Source: an uncultured Trueperaceae bacterium
Lineage (GTDB): Bacteria > Deinococcota > Deinococci > Deinococcales > Trueperaceae
DNA length: 64,000 nt
Direction of reading: 5' to 3'
Assembly: GCA_963799485.1 (NCBI GenBank)
Contig: CAWCXJ010000004.1
Coordinates: forward strand, 181,470-245,469
This document shows positions 41,104 to 51,012 of this stretch, piece after piece (the first letter of the stretch is position 1; the number at the start of each line of letters is the position of its first letter). The notes under the pieces are model-generated. The model saw only the letters and a program-made list of their open reading frames with translations. It was not told the origin of the DNA and did no database searches. The position numbers were made by a program, and so were the translations under genes.

Positions 41104-41305
41104 CGTAGTGGCGACGGGTAGCGGCAGCCCGTACGAGGTCGAAGGCGGCTCGAGCCCGGTGGCGCGCACGCTGGAGGACGAACGCTACTCGTTTCCGCTT
41201 TGTTTGTGGCAGTTACTCACGCATCGGTGCCTCGGGACGGTGGGGCGGGCTCGAAGGACGCGACGACCGGGAGACCCGGCAGCGAAAGGACAAGGATGAA
41301 AACCA

Positions 41306-43693
41306 ATGACTAAGCACGCCAGCGCCTTCGGGGCGCCGGGCACCGCGCCGCGCTGGACCTCCAGCGCCAAGAGCGGCGTCGGGACCGCGTATCACACCAG
41401 CGCGCGCGTCTGGTTCACGCTCAGCCACGGCGTCGTCAACGAGGTCTATTTCCCCTACGTGGATTCGCCCAACACGCGCGACCTGCAGTTTCTCATCAGC
41501 GACGGCGAATCGTTCTGCCACGAGGAGCGGCGCGACCTGCTGCGCCAGACCGAATACCCGGAGCCGGGCGCGTTGTTTTACCGGCTCACCAACACCGACC
41601 GCGCGGGCCGCTATCGCCTCGTCAAAGACATCATCACCGACCCGCACGCGCCGGTGTTGTTGATGCACACGCGGCTGGACATCCTGGACCCGGCGCTGCG
41701 CGGCAAACTGCGCCTTTACGCGCTGCTCGCCCCCCACACAAAAGGCACGGGCCAGCACAACTCGGCCTGGTGGAGTGACGCGGATGGCCGGAAGCTCTTC
41801 GACGTGCAACGGGAAGACATTCACATGGCCTTCGGGTGCAACCCCGACTTTACGCGGCGCTCCGTCGGCTACGTCGGCTTCAGCGACGGCTGGCAGGACT
41901 TGATGGACAACTTCAGCATGGACTGGGAATTCGAGCGGGCCGAGGACGGCAACATCGCACTGCTGGGCGAGGTCGATATCGCGGCTGGCCCGGCGTTCAC
42001 CCTGGGCGTCGGCTTCGGGCGCACGCGGCACAGCGCGTCGACCCACCTGCTGCAAGCGTTCGCCACGCCTTTCGCCGCGCAGCGCCGGCGGTATGTCGGC
42101 CAGTGGCGGCGCACGCGCGCCGCCACCGATCTGAGCGAGCACACCACCGATGGTGGCGAGCTGCTCCGCTTGAGCCAAAGCGTTTTGCTGGCGCATGAAG
42201 ACAAGACCTGCCAGGGTGCCTTCGTGGCCTCGCTGAGCATTCCCTGGGGTGAGACTAAAGACGACAGCGACAGCGGCGGCTACCATCTGGTCTGGCCGCG
42301 CGACTTAGTGCAAACCGCCACGGCGCTGCTGGCCTGCGGGCAAACCGAGTCGCCGCTGCGCGCGCTGATCTGGCTGGCGAGCGTCCAGGCACCTGGTGGC
42401 GGCCTGCCGCAAAACAGCTCGATCATGGGCGAAGCCTACTGGACAGGCGTGCAACTGGACGAAGTGGCCGCGCCGATCCTGCTCGCCTGGCGCTTGCAGC
42501 AGGCGGACGCGCTGCGGCAGTTCGACCCCTGGGCGCTGGTCTCGCGCGCCGCGCGTTATCTGGTTCTGCACGGGCCGGTGACGGCCCAGGAGCGGTGGGA
42601 GGAGAACGCCGGTTACTCGCCCTCGACGCTGGCGGTGATCACCGCGGGCCTGGTGTGCGCGGCGGACTTTGCGCGCGGCCGCGCCGACGAGCCGGCGGCG
42701 GAGGTCTTGCTCGAGTACGCGGACTGGCTGTCGGCGCACCTAGAAGAATGGACGGTGACCACCAGGGGCGAACTGGTGGCGGGCAAACCGCGCCACTACC
42801 TCCGCATCACCCCCGCCGACCCGCGACGAGCCGTCGCCGCGCCCGACCCGGACGAGGCCGAGATCGTTCTCGCCAACGGCGGCGGCACGCATCCGGCGCG
42901 CAACGTCGTCGGCGGCGACTTTCTCCAGCTCGTCCGGCTGGGGCTGCGGGCGGCGGACGACCGGCTGATAACTGATTCGCTGGCGGTGATCGACCAGGTG
43001 CTCAAACGCGAGCTGCCGCAAGGCCCCGGTTGGCGGCGCTACAACCACGACGGCTACGGCCAGAAGCCGGACGGCGGTGCCTACGACGGGGTCGGGGAAG
43101 GCCGCGCCTGGCCGCTGCTGACCGGCGAACGCGGTCACTACGAGCTGGCCGCCGGGCGCGACGCGTGGCCGTTCATCGCGGCGCTGGAAAAGTTCGCCAG
43201 CGAGGGCGGCATGTTGTCCGAGCAGCTCTGGGACGCGGACGACGTGCCGGGCGCGAGCCTGCGGCGCGGTGGCCCGACCGGCGCGGCCATGCCGCTGTGC
43301 TGGTCGCACGCGGAATATGTGACGCTGGTGCGCAGCCACAGAGACGGGCTGGCTTTCGACCGCATCGCGCCGGTTTACCGGCGTTACGCCGAGGCCAAAA
43401 CAAGCAGCCGGATCGACATGTGGACCTTCGCGCATCAGCCGCCGCGCATCGCCGCCGGGCAAACGCTGCGCATCATCACCGAACGCGCGGCCACGATTCG
43501 CTGGAGCTGTGACGGCTGGGCGACGGTCAATGACCTGGAAACGCGCGCGACGGGCTTCGGTTGCTGGTTCGGCGATGTGCCGTCGGAGCAGCTTCAGGTC
43601 GGCGCTAGCGTGGTATTCACGTTTTTGTGGCGAGAGGGGTGGGAGGGGCAAGATTTTCAGGTGGCGATTGCCGAGCCGACTTTAGCGTTCTAA
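41306..43693 (+). CDS. Glucan 1,4-alpha-glucosidase / glucodextranase (GH15)
   Basis: ASLSIPWG, GGYHLVWPRDL, QLDE, QERWEE, RYNHDGYG, PLCWSHAEY. Confidence 0.92.
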   Translation: MTKHASAFGAPGTAPRWTSSAKSGVGTAYHTSARVWFTLSHGVVNEVYFPYVDSPNTRDLQFLISDGESFCHEERRDLLRQTEYPEPGALFYRLTNTDRAGRYRLVKDIITDPHAPVLLMHTRLDILDPALRGKLRLYALLAPHTKGTGQHNSAWWSDADGRKLFDVQREDIHMAFGCNPDFTRRSVGYVGFSDGWQDLMDNFSMDWEFERAEDGNIALLGEVDIAAGPAFTLGVGFGRTRHSASTHLLQAFATPFAAQRRRYVGQWRRTRAATDLSEHTTDGGELLRLSQSVLLAHEDKTCQGAFVASLSIPWGETKDDSDSGGYHLVWPRDLVQTATALLACGQTESPLRALIWLASVQAPGGGLPQNSSIMGEAYWTGVQLDEVAAPILLAWRLQQADALRQFDPWALVSRAARYLVLHGPVTAQERWEENAGYSPSTLAVITAGLVCAADFARGRADEPAAEVLLEYADWLSAHLEEWTVTTRGELVAGKPRHYLRITPADPRRAVAAPDPDEAEIVLANGGGTHPARNVVGGDFLQLVRLGLRAADDRLITDSLAVIDQVLKRELPQGPGWRRYNHDGYGQKPDGGAYDGVGEGRAWPLLTGERGHYELAAGRDAWPFIAALEKFASEGGMLSEQLWDADDVPGASLRRGGPTGAAMPLCWSHAEYVTLVRSHRDGLAFDRIAPVYRRYAEAKTSSRIDMWTFAHQPPRIAAGQTLRIITERAATIRWSCDGWATVNDLETRATGFGCWFGDVPSEQLQVGASVVFTFLWREGWEGQDFQVAIAEPTLAF

Positions 43694-43719
43694 AGCCAAG
43701 TATTCGAAAGGGAGATACG

Positions 43720-43983
43720 ATGACGAACAAGCTGAGACCTGGGGAGCGAGCGCAGCGTGACGCAGCGAGCGCGGTAGCAAGTAAGACGGCAAGTAATACC
43801 AAGTGCCTTTCCAAACGCCGTTTTTGCGTTTGGAAAGCGCGCGTGTTCACGCAGTCTCGCGAAGCGCGCGCGTACCCTCAGACCGATTGGGTTTATGGTG
43901 CTTCAAGGGGCAATTGGTATAAGACGGAAAGAAAAAACGTCGCCGGCGCGACGCCTTCAAGGAGAAGGCAGGGGCGCACATGA
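43720..43983 (+). CDS. Possible small hypothetical protein
   Basis: GGGAG SD, and the stop overlaps the HAD start (ATGA). Sequence not recognisable. Confidence 0.3.
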   Translation: MTNKLRPGERAQRDAASAVASKTASNTKCLSKRRFCVWKARVFTQSREARAYPQTDWVYGASRGNWYKTERKNVAGATPSRRRQGRT

Positions 43984-44726
43984 GAGCCGACGCGCACGAC
44001 GACGGCCAGGTAGCGGCCATCCTCTTCGACGTGGACGGCTGTTTGATCTCGAGCGGGGGGGCCGGGACCAGGTCGTGGCGCTACGCGTTCGAGCGGCTGC
44101 ACGGCGTCCCGGCCGACATCGGCGCGTTCACCGACGACGGCATGACCGACCCGACCGTCGGTCGGCTGACCTTCGCCCGCGTGCTCGGCCGGGAACCCAC
44201 GGACCGGGAGATGGCCCGGCTGCTGGCGACTTACCTCGAGCGGCTGGGCGGCGAGGTCGCGCGCTCGCCCGGCTACCGCGTCATGCCCGGCGTGGCCGCG
44301 CTGCTGCCGCGGCTGACCGCTGCCGGGATTCTCCTCGGCATCGTCAGCGGCGCGCTCGAGGCGGCGGCCCACATCAAGCTCGCCCGCGGCGACCTGAACC
44401 GCTTTTTCTGCTTCGGCGGCTACGGCTCCGACGCCGACGACCGCGCCGAGCTGACCCGCCTGGCCGTCGAGCGCGCCGGTCGGATCCACGGACACCCCCT
44501 CGAGGCCGCCCGCCTGCTGGTCGTCGGCGATACGCCCCGCGATATCGACGCCGCGCACGCCGTCGGCGCGGTCGCCGTCGGCGTCGCTACCGGCAAGTAC
44601 ACGGTCGAGGCGCTGCGCGCGGCGGGCGCGGACCATGCGCTGGCCACCCTCGAGGAGCCGCTGCCCGGCGTGACGGCGGCGCAGGAGCAGGAGGTCGAAC
44701 ATGCCGACGAACCCCACCAGCACTGA
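43980..44726 (+). CDS. HAD family hydrolase
   Basis: LFDVDGCL and VVGDTPRD. Confidence 0.9.
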   Translation: MRADAHDDGQVAAILFDVDGCLISSGGAGTRSWRYAFERLHGVPADIGAFTDDGMTDPTVGRLTFARVLGREPTDREMARLLATYLERLGGEVARSPGYRVMPGVAALLPRLTAAGILLGIVSGALEAAAHIKLARGDLNRFFCFGGYGSDADDRAELTRLAVERAGRIHGHPLEAARLLVVGDTPRDIDAAHAVGAVAVGVATGKYTVEALRAAGADHALATLEEPLPGVTAAQEQEVEHADEPHQH

Positions 44727-46335
44727 CGCGCGCTCTGTCGCGGCGGTCGCGGCAGAGCGCGGGGCCGAACCTTTTACCCTGGTGCTGTTCGGCGCGTCGG
44801 GCGACCTGACGCAGCGCATGATCATGCCCGCCATCTTTCGCCTGGCGCGGCGCGGCCTGCTGTCGCCGCAGTTCCGCTTGATCGGTTATGCGCGCAGCGA
44901 GCTGAGCGACGAGGCGTTTCGCGCGCGGATGCGTGAGGCGGCGCTGCGCCAGGCGGGCGCGGGCGACGCGGCGGCGTGGCCCGAGTTCGCCGCCCGCCTC
45001 TCCTACCTGTCGGCTGAATACGACGGCGCCGACGTGCCGGGTTACGCGGAACTGGCGCGCCGGCTCGAGCGGCTCGGCGGTGTCGGCACGCGGCGGCTCT
45101 TTTATCTCGCCACGCCGCCCGGACTGTTCGCGCCGATCATGAAACACCTCGCCGACGCCAAGCTCGCCGGCCCCGGCTACCGGCCCGCCGCCGGCTGGGC
45201 GCGCTTCGTCATCGAAAAGCCCTTCGGGCACGACCTCGCCTCGGCGCGCGCGCTCAACGCCGACATCGCCCGCCGCTTCGCCGAGCCGGACATCTACCGC
45301 ATCGACCATTTCCTGGGCAAAGAGATCGTGCAAAACCTCTTCGCCCTGCGTTTCGCCAACGGCATTTTCGAACCCGTGTGGAACCGCAACTATATCGACC
45401 ACGTTCAGATCACGGCGGCGGAAACGCTCGGCATGGAGGGGCGCGGGGGCTACTACGAAACGGCCGGCGCCCTGCGCGACATGATTCAGAACCACCTGCT
45501 GCAACTCTGTGCGCTGATCGCCCTCGAGCCGCCCGCCGACTGGAACCCGCGCGCGGTGCGCGACGAGAAGGTGAAGGTTCTGCGCGCCGTGCGCCGCATC
45601 GATCCCGGCGCGCTCAAACGCGACGCCGTGCGCGGGCAGTACGCGGCAGGTAGTCTCGGCGGCGCGCGGGTGCCCGGGTACCGTGAAGAGGAGAAGGTGG
45701 CGGCGGACTCGCAAGTGGAGACCTACGCCGCGCTCAAACTCCGTATCGACAACCAGCGCTGGGCGGGCGTGCCTTTCTATCTGCGCTCGGGCAAACGCAT
45801 GGCGACGCTCGCCACCGAGATAGTCGTCGCCTTCAAGCCCGCGCCGCACACGCCGTGGCTGCCGGGCGGCGCGGGCGGCCGTACCGCGCGCCCCAACCTG
45901 CTCGTCGTCAACATCTCGCCCGAAGAAGGTATCTATCTGCGCCTCGAAGCGAAGCAGCCGGGCCAGGAGATGCGGCTGCGCTCCATCGACCTCGACTACT
46001 GCCGCGGCGGTGAATATGGCGGTGGACATGATGGTGGACATGGCAGCAAGCGTGACGCGACCGAGTCGCCGTCGGCGTACGAACATCTCGTGCTCGACAG
46101 CGTGCGCGGCGACCCGACCTTCTTCGCGCGCGCGGACGAAGTGGAAGCGGCCTGGGCGATAGTCGAGCCGGTTACCAAACAGTGGGCGCTGGACGAGCCG
46201 ACGGACTTTCCCAACTACCGCGCCGGTTCCGAGGGCCCCGCGGCTGCGGCTGAACTGCTCGCCCGCGACGGACGGCGCTGGTACGACGCGACCGGGGGGG
46301 CGTGCCGGCTCGGCGGCGTGGACGCGGACGACTAG
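44701..46335 (+). CDS. zwf: Glucose-6-phosphate dehydrogenase
   Basis: FGASGDL, EKPFG, YRIDHFLGKE, RDMIQNH, RWAGVPFYLRSGK. Confidence 0.96.
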   Translation: MPTNPTSTDARSVAAVAAERGAEPFTLVLFGASGDLTQRMIMPAIFRLARRGLLSPQFRLIGYARSELSDEAFRARMREAALRQAGAGDAAAWPEFAARLSYLSAEYDGADVPGYAELARRLERLGGVGTRRLFYLATPPGLFAPIMKHLADAKLAGPGYRPAAGWARFVIEKPFGHDLASARALNADIARRFAEPDIYRIDHFLGKEIVQNLFALRFANGIFEPVWNRNYIDHVQITAAETLGMEGRGGYYETAGALRDMIQNHLLQLCALIALEPPADWNPRAVRDEKVKVLRAVRRIDPGALKRDAVRGQYAAGSLGGARVPGYREEEKVAADSQVETYAALKLRIDNQRWAGVPFYLRSGKRMATLATEIVVAFKPAPHTPWLPGGAGGRTARPNLLVVNISPEEGIYLRLEAKQPGQEMRLRSIDLDYCRGGEYGGGHDGGHGSKRDATESPSAYEHLVLDSVRGDPTFFARADEVEAAWAIVEPVTKQWALDEPTDFPNYRAGSEGPAAAAELLARDGRRWYDATGGACRLGGVDADD

Positions 46336-46430
46336 CGCCGGGCGGCGGCTGAGACCGCCGCTACAGCTATGTCGAATATGTCGGTACACCACATCTACGT
46401 TGGTACATCACATCTATAAAGAACAGCTAC

Positions 46431-46505
46431 AAAAAAAGCTCTGAGGAGGTCGAGACGATGCAATACGGAATGGTTGGCTTGGGACGGATGGGGGGCAACA
46501 TGGCG
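46431..46505 (+). repeat. 75-bp direct repeat copy 1 (gnd SD plus first 16 codons)
   Basis: Matches 48134-48208 with 2 mismatches. Confidence 0.9.
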
Positions 46506-46682
46506 GAAGCTACCCTGGTCATTGACCTGGTCTGCGGCCAGGTGGTCGATGCCGATTTCACCAAACACCACAGCGACTATGACGGCGGACGCTACTTTTT
46601 CTGCTGCGAACACTGCCAAGCGACCTTCGACCTCGAGCCCGAGCGCTACGTCCGTTCCCAGCGCCACGGCCCCTATCACTGA
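46458..46682 (+). CDS. YHS-domain protein carrying the first 16 aa of Gnd
   Basis: MQYGMVGLGRMGGNMA followed by IDLVCG....YDGGRYFFCCEHCQATFDLEPERY. Confidence 0.75.
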   Translation: MQYGMVGLGRMGGNMAEATLVIDLVCGQVVDADFTKHHSDYDGGRYFFCCEHCQATFDLEPERYVRSQRHGPYH

Positions 46683-46715
46683 GAACTGTTCAAGATTCAA
46701 GAAAGGAAACAGCGC

Positions 46716-46892
46716 ATGGCCAACCCGGTCCAGGACCCCGTCTGCGGCATGATGATCGACCCCGACAAGACCAGTTTTAAGTCGAAACACCAGGGGGATA
46801 CCTATCACTTCTGTAGCGCCGACTGTAAGAAAGCCTTCGACGCCGAGCCCCAAACGTACGCCGAGCTCCTGAATCCCGGACAGCGCCGCTGA
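46716..46892 (+). CDS. YHS-domain protein (58 aa)
   Basis: Hand translation MANPVQDPVCGMMIDPDKTSFKSKHQGDTYHFCSADCKKAFDAEPQTYAELLNPGQRR. AAGGA SD. Not in the ORF track. Confidence 0.85.
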   Translation: MANPVQDPVCGMMIDPDKTSFKSKHQGDTYHFCSADCKKAFDAEPQTYAELLNPGQRR

Positions 46893-46946
46893 ACTTGTGT
46901 CGAATAAGCGCCTGTTTGAATAAACCCTTGTCAAAAAGGAAGCCCT

Positions 46947-47936
46947 ATGAACCGCAGCTCCCCCTCAACCGCGACCACGCCCGGCACACCGTCCGGTCGC
47001 TGGGGGCGGCTGGCGCTCATCGTGGCGGTCACCCTGGTGAGCGCCGCGTGCTTCGTGGCCATCAAGGCCGCCATCCCCTTTACGCCGCCCCTGCGCTTTG
47101 CCGCCTGGCGGCTGCTTATCGGTGGCGGGACGCTGCTGGCGCTGCTCCCGCTTCTGGGCGCGCCGCTGCTGCCCCCGCGCCGCAGTTGGCTCTGGCTGGG
47201 GATTTTGGCCCTCAGCGCCAGCAGCTTCGCCTACGGCGCCATGTTCGTCAGTCCCGGGTTCACCGGGGCGGGTATCGCCTCGGTGCTGGGCAACACTCAG
47301 CCGCTCATCGTCATGGCGCTGGCCGTGCCCTTACTGGGCGAACGCATGACCCGGGCCAAAGGGCTGGCGCTGGTTTTGGGCATCGTGGGTGTGCTCCTTA
47401 TCGCTATGCCTGCGCTCAGCAGCCCCGACGCCTTTGCCTTCGAGGGTGCCGCACTCGCCTTCGCCTCGGCTGCCGGGCTGGCCGTTGGCAGCATCATCGT
47501 CAAGGTTTTGGCCGCGAAACAGTCCGTTCTCACCCTGGCGGCCTGGCAGCTCGTGCTGGGCAGTCTGCCGCTCTTTGCTCTCTCGGCGGTGTTCGAGGCG
47601 AGCGCCATCACGCGCTGGACCCCGGCGTTTTGGGGCCTGCTGCTCTTTCTGGCGCTGTTGGGCACGGCCTTTTTGACCGCCGCCTGGTACGCCCTGCTCG
47701 CCGGGGGCGAGGTCGGCCACCTCTCGCTCTTTTTCTTTTTGGTGCCGGTGTTCGGTTTGGTTTTAGCCGCCCTCTTTTTCGGTGAACGCATCAGCCTCGT
47801 GCAAGGGCTCGGCACCGCCGTCAGTCTCGCGGCCATTGTGAGCGTCGGCTTCGAACACGAGCCGCCACCTCGAGTTAGGCCCCCAAACGCAAGCGCCCCA
47901 ACCCGCACTGCCGGGCAAGAAAGGAACACCCTGTGA
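46947..47936 (+). CDS. DMT/EamA family transporter
   Basis: About 10 TM segments, PPLRFAAWR, AGIASVLGNTQP, VPVFG....FGE. Confidence 0.9.
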   Translation: MNRSSPSTATTPGTPSGRWGRLALIVAVTLVSAACFVAIKAAIPFTPPLRFAAWRLLIGGGTLLALLPLLGAPLLPPRRSWLWLGILALSASSFAYGAMFVSPGFTGAGIASVLGNTQPLIVMALAVPLLGERMTRAKGLALVLGIVGVLLIAMPALSSPDAFAFEGAALAFASAAGLAVGSIIVKVLAAKQSVLTLAAWQLVLGSLPLFALSAVFEASAITRWTPAFWGLLLFLALLGTAFLTAAWYALLAGGEVGHLSLFFFLVPVFGLVLAALFFGERISLVQGLGTAVSLAAIVSVGFEHEPPPRVRPPNASAPTRTAGQERNTL

Positions 47937-48160
47937 ACCAGACCGTTATCGACCCCGTCTGTGGCATGAAAATCGACCCCGACAAGGCCGCTGGCAGCTC
48001 GGACTATCAGGGGAAAACCTATTACTTTTGCGGGGTCGGCTGCAAAAAAGCCTTCGACGCCGAGCCTGCCGCTTTCGTAAGCGCTCAGGACGACCCCGGC
48101 CCACACTGTCGCCAGGAAAGAACATCTACAAAGAAAAAAAGCTATGAGGAGGTCGAGACG
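47933..48160 (+). CDS. YHS domain running in frame into gnd
   Basis: IDPVCGMKID....YQGKTYYFCGVGCKKAFDAEP. No stop before the gnd ATG. Confidence 0.7.
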
Positions 48161-48208
48161 ATGCAATACGGAATGATTGGCTTGGGACGGATGGGGGGCA
48201 ACATGGCG
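48134..48208 (+). repeat. 75-bp direct repeat copy 2
   Basis: Matches 46431-46505. Confidence 0.9.
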
Positions 48209-49078
48209 CGCCGCCTGCTGCGCGGCGGGCACGAGGTCGTGGTCAGCAACCGCAGCCCGGAACCCATCGCCGCGCTCGAGGCGGCGGGCGCGCTGGGGGC
48301 CGACTCGCTCGGCGAACTGGTCGAACGACTGGCCCCGCCGCGCGCCGTCTGGGTGTCGCTGCCCGCGGGCGCGGTGACGGAAAGCGCCCTGGAACAGCTC
48401 GAGCCGCTGCTGGCCCGCGGCGACGTGGTCGTGGATTCGGGCAACTCTTTTTACAAAGACACGCTGCGGCGCGCCGAACGGCTCGCGGCGGGCGGCCTCG
48501 AGCTGCTCGACCAGGGGACGAGCAGCGGCATCTGGGGCCTGGACAACGGCTTCTGTCTGATGATCGGCGGCTCCCATACCGGCTTCGAGCGGCTCGAGCC
48601 CGCCTTCAAAACGCTGGCCCCGCCGGGCGGCTACCTGCACACGGGGCCGAGCGGCTCGGGGCACTTCGTCAAGATGGTGCATAACGGCGTCGAGTACGGG
48701 ATGCTGCAGGCTTACGGCGAGGGTTTCGAAATCCTCGCGGCGTCCGACTATACCGACCTCGACCTGCAGGCCATCGCCCACCTGTGGAATCAGGGCAGCG
48801 TGGTTCGCTCCTGGCTGCTCGAGCTGGCCGAGGCCGCCTTCGCCAAAGACCCCGAACTCGCCGCCGTGCGGGGCTACGTGGAGGACTCGGGCGAGGGCCG
48901 CTGGACGGTCATCGAAGCGATCGAAAAAAACGTGCCCGCCCCCGTGCTGGCGCTCTCGCTGCTGCTGCGCTTTCGCTCGAGGCAAGACGACAGCTTCAGC
49001 GCCAAGGTCGTCGCCGCGCTGCGCAACGAGTTCGGCGGTCACGCGGTAAGGTTCGTTCCCGTGAAGCCCGACCCGTGA
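48161..49078 (+). CDS. gnd: 6-phosphogluconate dehydrogenase, short NAD-dependent type
   Basis: GMIGLGRMGGNM, GHFVKMVHNGVEYG, DSGEGRWT, ALRNEFGGH. Own GAGGAGG SD. Confidence 0.93.
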   Translation: MQYGMIGLGRMGGNMARRLLRGGHEVVVSNRSPEPIAALEAAGALGADSLGELVERLAPPRAVWVSLPAGAVTESALEQLEPLLARGDVVVDSGNSFYKDTLRRAERLAAGGLELLDQGTSSGIWGLDNGFCLMIGGSHTGFERLEPAFKTLAPPGGYLHTGPSGSGHFVKMVHNGVEYGMLQAYGEGFEILAASDYTDLDLQAIAHLWNQGSVVRSWLLELAEAAFAKDPELAAVRGYVEDSGEGRWTVIEAIEKNVPAPVLALSLLLRFRSRQDDSFSAKVVAALRNEFGGHAVRFVPVKPDP

Positions 49079-50067
49079 AGTCTTTCGTCGAACAGTTGAA
49101 CAAAGCCGCCGCCAGGGTCGCGTACCACGAGGATTGCGAGGCCGAGAAGTGGCCCCTGCTCTCCGCCGAGACCATCAGCCCGACCATACACGACCCACAG
49201 GCCTATCTCTACCACTACACCTCGCAGCAGGGCGGTTTCGGCATCCTCCAGGACAAAACGCTGTGGGCCTCCGACCCGACCTTTCTCAACGACACGATGG
49301 AAATCAGGCACGGCGTCGAGGCGCTCGCGCGCGCGTTTGCGCGACTGCGGGACGAAAATCCCGACCTGTACTCGAAACTCCGCCGGGTGGAAGAAAATCT
49401 GCCGGACCTCGGCGAGGATGAGCGAGAGCTGCTCGGCAGACTTCGGCAACGCGCCTACATCGTGAGCCTGACCTCCCTGGGCGACGACCTCAGTCAGTGG
49501 CGCGGCTACGGGGGCGCCGGCGGCGTCGCGCTCGGCTTCGCCCTGCCCTTACTCGCCCGCGTGCAGCCGCGCGCTTTGCTCGCGCCCGTCGTCTACGCGT
49601 CCGAAACCAGGCTCGCCGAGCTTCTCTACCAAGACCTGCTGTTCGTCACCCACAAGCGCAGCCTTGCGGGTGTCGGCTCGAGTGGCTCGAGCTTGGACTA
49701 CAGCGCCGCGCTCATCGCCCGCTACGCGCTCATCTTACCGCTGCTCAAAGACCCGGAGTTCGCCTCTGAACAGGAGTGGCGGCTACTCGTCGTGGCCGAT
49801 CAGGTACCCGCCGACGAGGTGAAGTGGCGGAGCGGCGCGCAGTTCGCCGTGCCCTACGTGGTGCTTTCCCTGGAGGAGCAGGCGGCGCGGGCCGGACGCG
49901 GCGTCAAAGCCAGCGCCGGCACAAACAATCCCGTCCCGGTCACGTTGGGCACGAGCTGTAAAGCCGTACTGGGTCCGGGAGCGCATCCGCTGGCAGCGCA
50001 CTACTTCGACGTAGCCCTCAAAGGCAAAGTGACAAAAAGCAAGGTGCCGTTTCGGAGTGTTTCCTAA
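49075..50067 (+). CDS. DUF2971-like protein
   Basis: YHYTS..GI...LWAS...LND..E, LSQWRGYG...GVALGF, K...F..EQEWR. GTGA overlap with gnd. Confidence 0.75.
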   Translation: MKSFVEQLNKAAARVAYHEDCEAEKWPLLSAETISPTIHDPQAYLYHYTSQQGGFGILQDKTLWASDPTFLNDTMEIRHGVEALARAFARLRDENPDLYSKLRRVEENLPDLGEDERELLGRLRQRAYIVSLTSLGDDLSQWRGYGGAGGVALGFALPLLARVQPRALLAPVVYASETRLAELLYQDLLFVTHKRSLAGVGSSGSSLDYSAALIARYALILPLLKDPEFASEQEWRLLVVADQVPADEVKWRSGAQFAVPYVVLSLEEQAARAGRGVKASAGTNNPVPVTLGTSCKAVLGPGAHPLAAHYFDVALKGKVTKSKVPFRSVS

Positions 50068-50354
50068 GCTCGACTTTATACAAACCGCAGCTCACGTTGC
50101 GCAGTGCGTAATACGCTTTCCGGATGAAGCGCTTCATCCCGAGCGGAGCGAGCAGAAATCAGGGCCGTCCGTGTGCAAGGTAGTCATCCGGAATCGGTAT
50201 AAGAGAGCCCATGGCTTGTCGCTCGTGGTTCGTGATTTTTCTGTACACCACAGGCCACGTGTCACAAGCCGCCTGCGTGAGGTGAGGTCTTTAGCCAAGC
50301 GGTCTGTGGCCGAGCGGTCTCTATCAGAAAGATGTACATCAAAAAAAGATGTAC

Positions 50355-50419
50355 ATCAAAAGGTGTACACCGCCAGCTGACCAATGAGGGTCGTCGGTGG
50401 GGGACGCTCGGGCCATACT
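50355..50419 (+). promoter_or_regulatory. Promoter copy B (TGACC-N6-GGTCG box, N20, CATACT)
   Basis: Same architecture as 37358-37422. Confidence 0.7.
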
Positions 50420-50515
50420 GACCCCAACGCTCGACCGAGCAGAAAGAGGGTCATGATGATAGACATTCAAACCGGCAAAGACGGCATCTCGAGGCGATAC
50501 AAGAGGAGGCCCGCC

Positions 50516-50935
50516 ATGCGTAAACTGAGCGTTTTACTGCTCACCGCCCTGTTCCTTATCGTCGGCAGCGCCTGGGCGCACGAAGCGTCGCCGATGGCAG
50601 CGGTACACGTCACCTACTTGGATATGAACGCCAACCTGAGCGACCTGCAAACAGCGGTTGCCGCCTGGGCAGGGGGCGACACGAGCCAACTCGGGCTGGC
50701 CCAGGAGAAGCTCGAGCGCGTTCAGGCGCTGCTGCCCCACATCAGTTGGCCCGACAGCATGACCGGGCTCGTCGAGCAACTTGGCACCGCCCTCGAGCCG
50801 GTCGGCGCGGCGCTCGGCAGCGAAGACTTAGCGACCGTTCAACAGGGCGTTGGTAGCGCCCGCGAAGTCTCGCACGACCTGACCCACGCCTTTTACGAGT
50901 GGGTGGCCGAAACGCAACCCGAAGCCGAACAGTAA
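50516..50935 (+). CDS. Secreted helical protein with His at the predicted mature N-terminus
   Basis: GAGGAGG SD, signal MRK...AWA|HEA, C-terminal HDLTH. Confidence 0.75.
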   Translation: MRKLSVLLLTALFLIVGSAWAHEASPMAAVHVTYLDMNANLSDLQTAVAAWAGGDTSQLGLAQEKLERVQALLPHISWPDSMTGLVEQLGTALEPVGAALGSEDLATVQQGVGSAREVSHDLTHAFYEWVAETQPEAEQ

Positions 50936-51012
50936 ACCTCGTCGGGGCGGCTACCGCGCCGCCCCACGGGTCTCAGCTAACGAACTCAGATAACAAGCAT
51001 ACGAGGTGAGCT

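Noticed and set aside
41108..41299. Possible decayed fourth YHS domain (EVEGGSSPVARTLEDERYSF)
   Set aside because: It lacks DPVCG and FCS, so similarity is too weak to call by eye.
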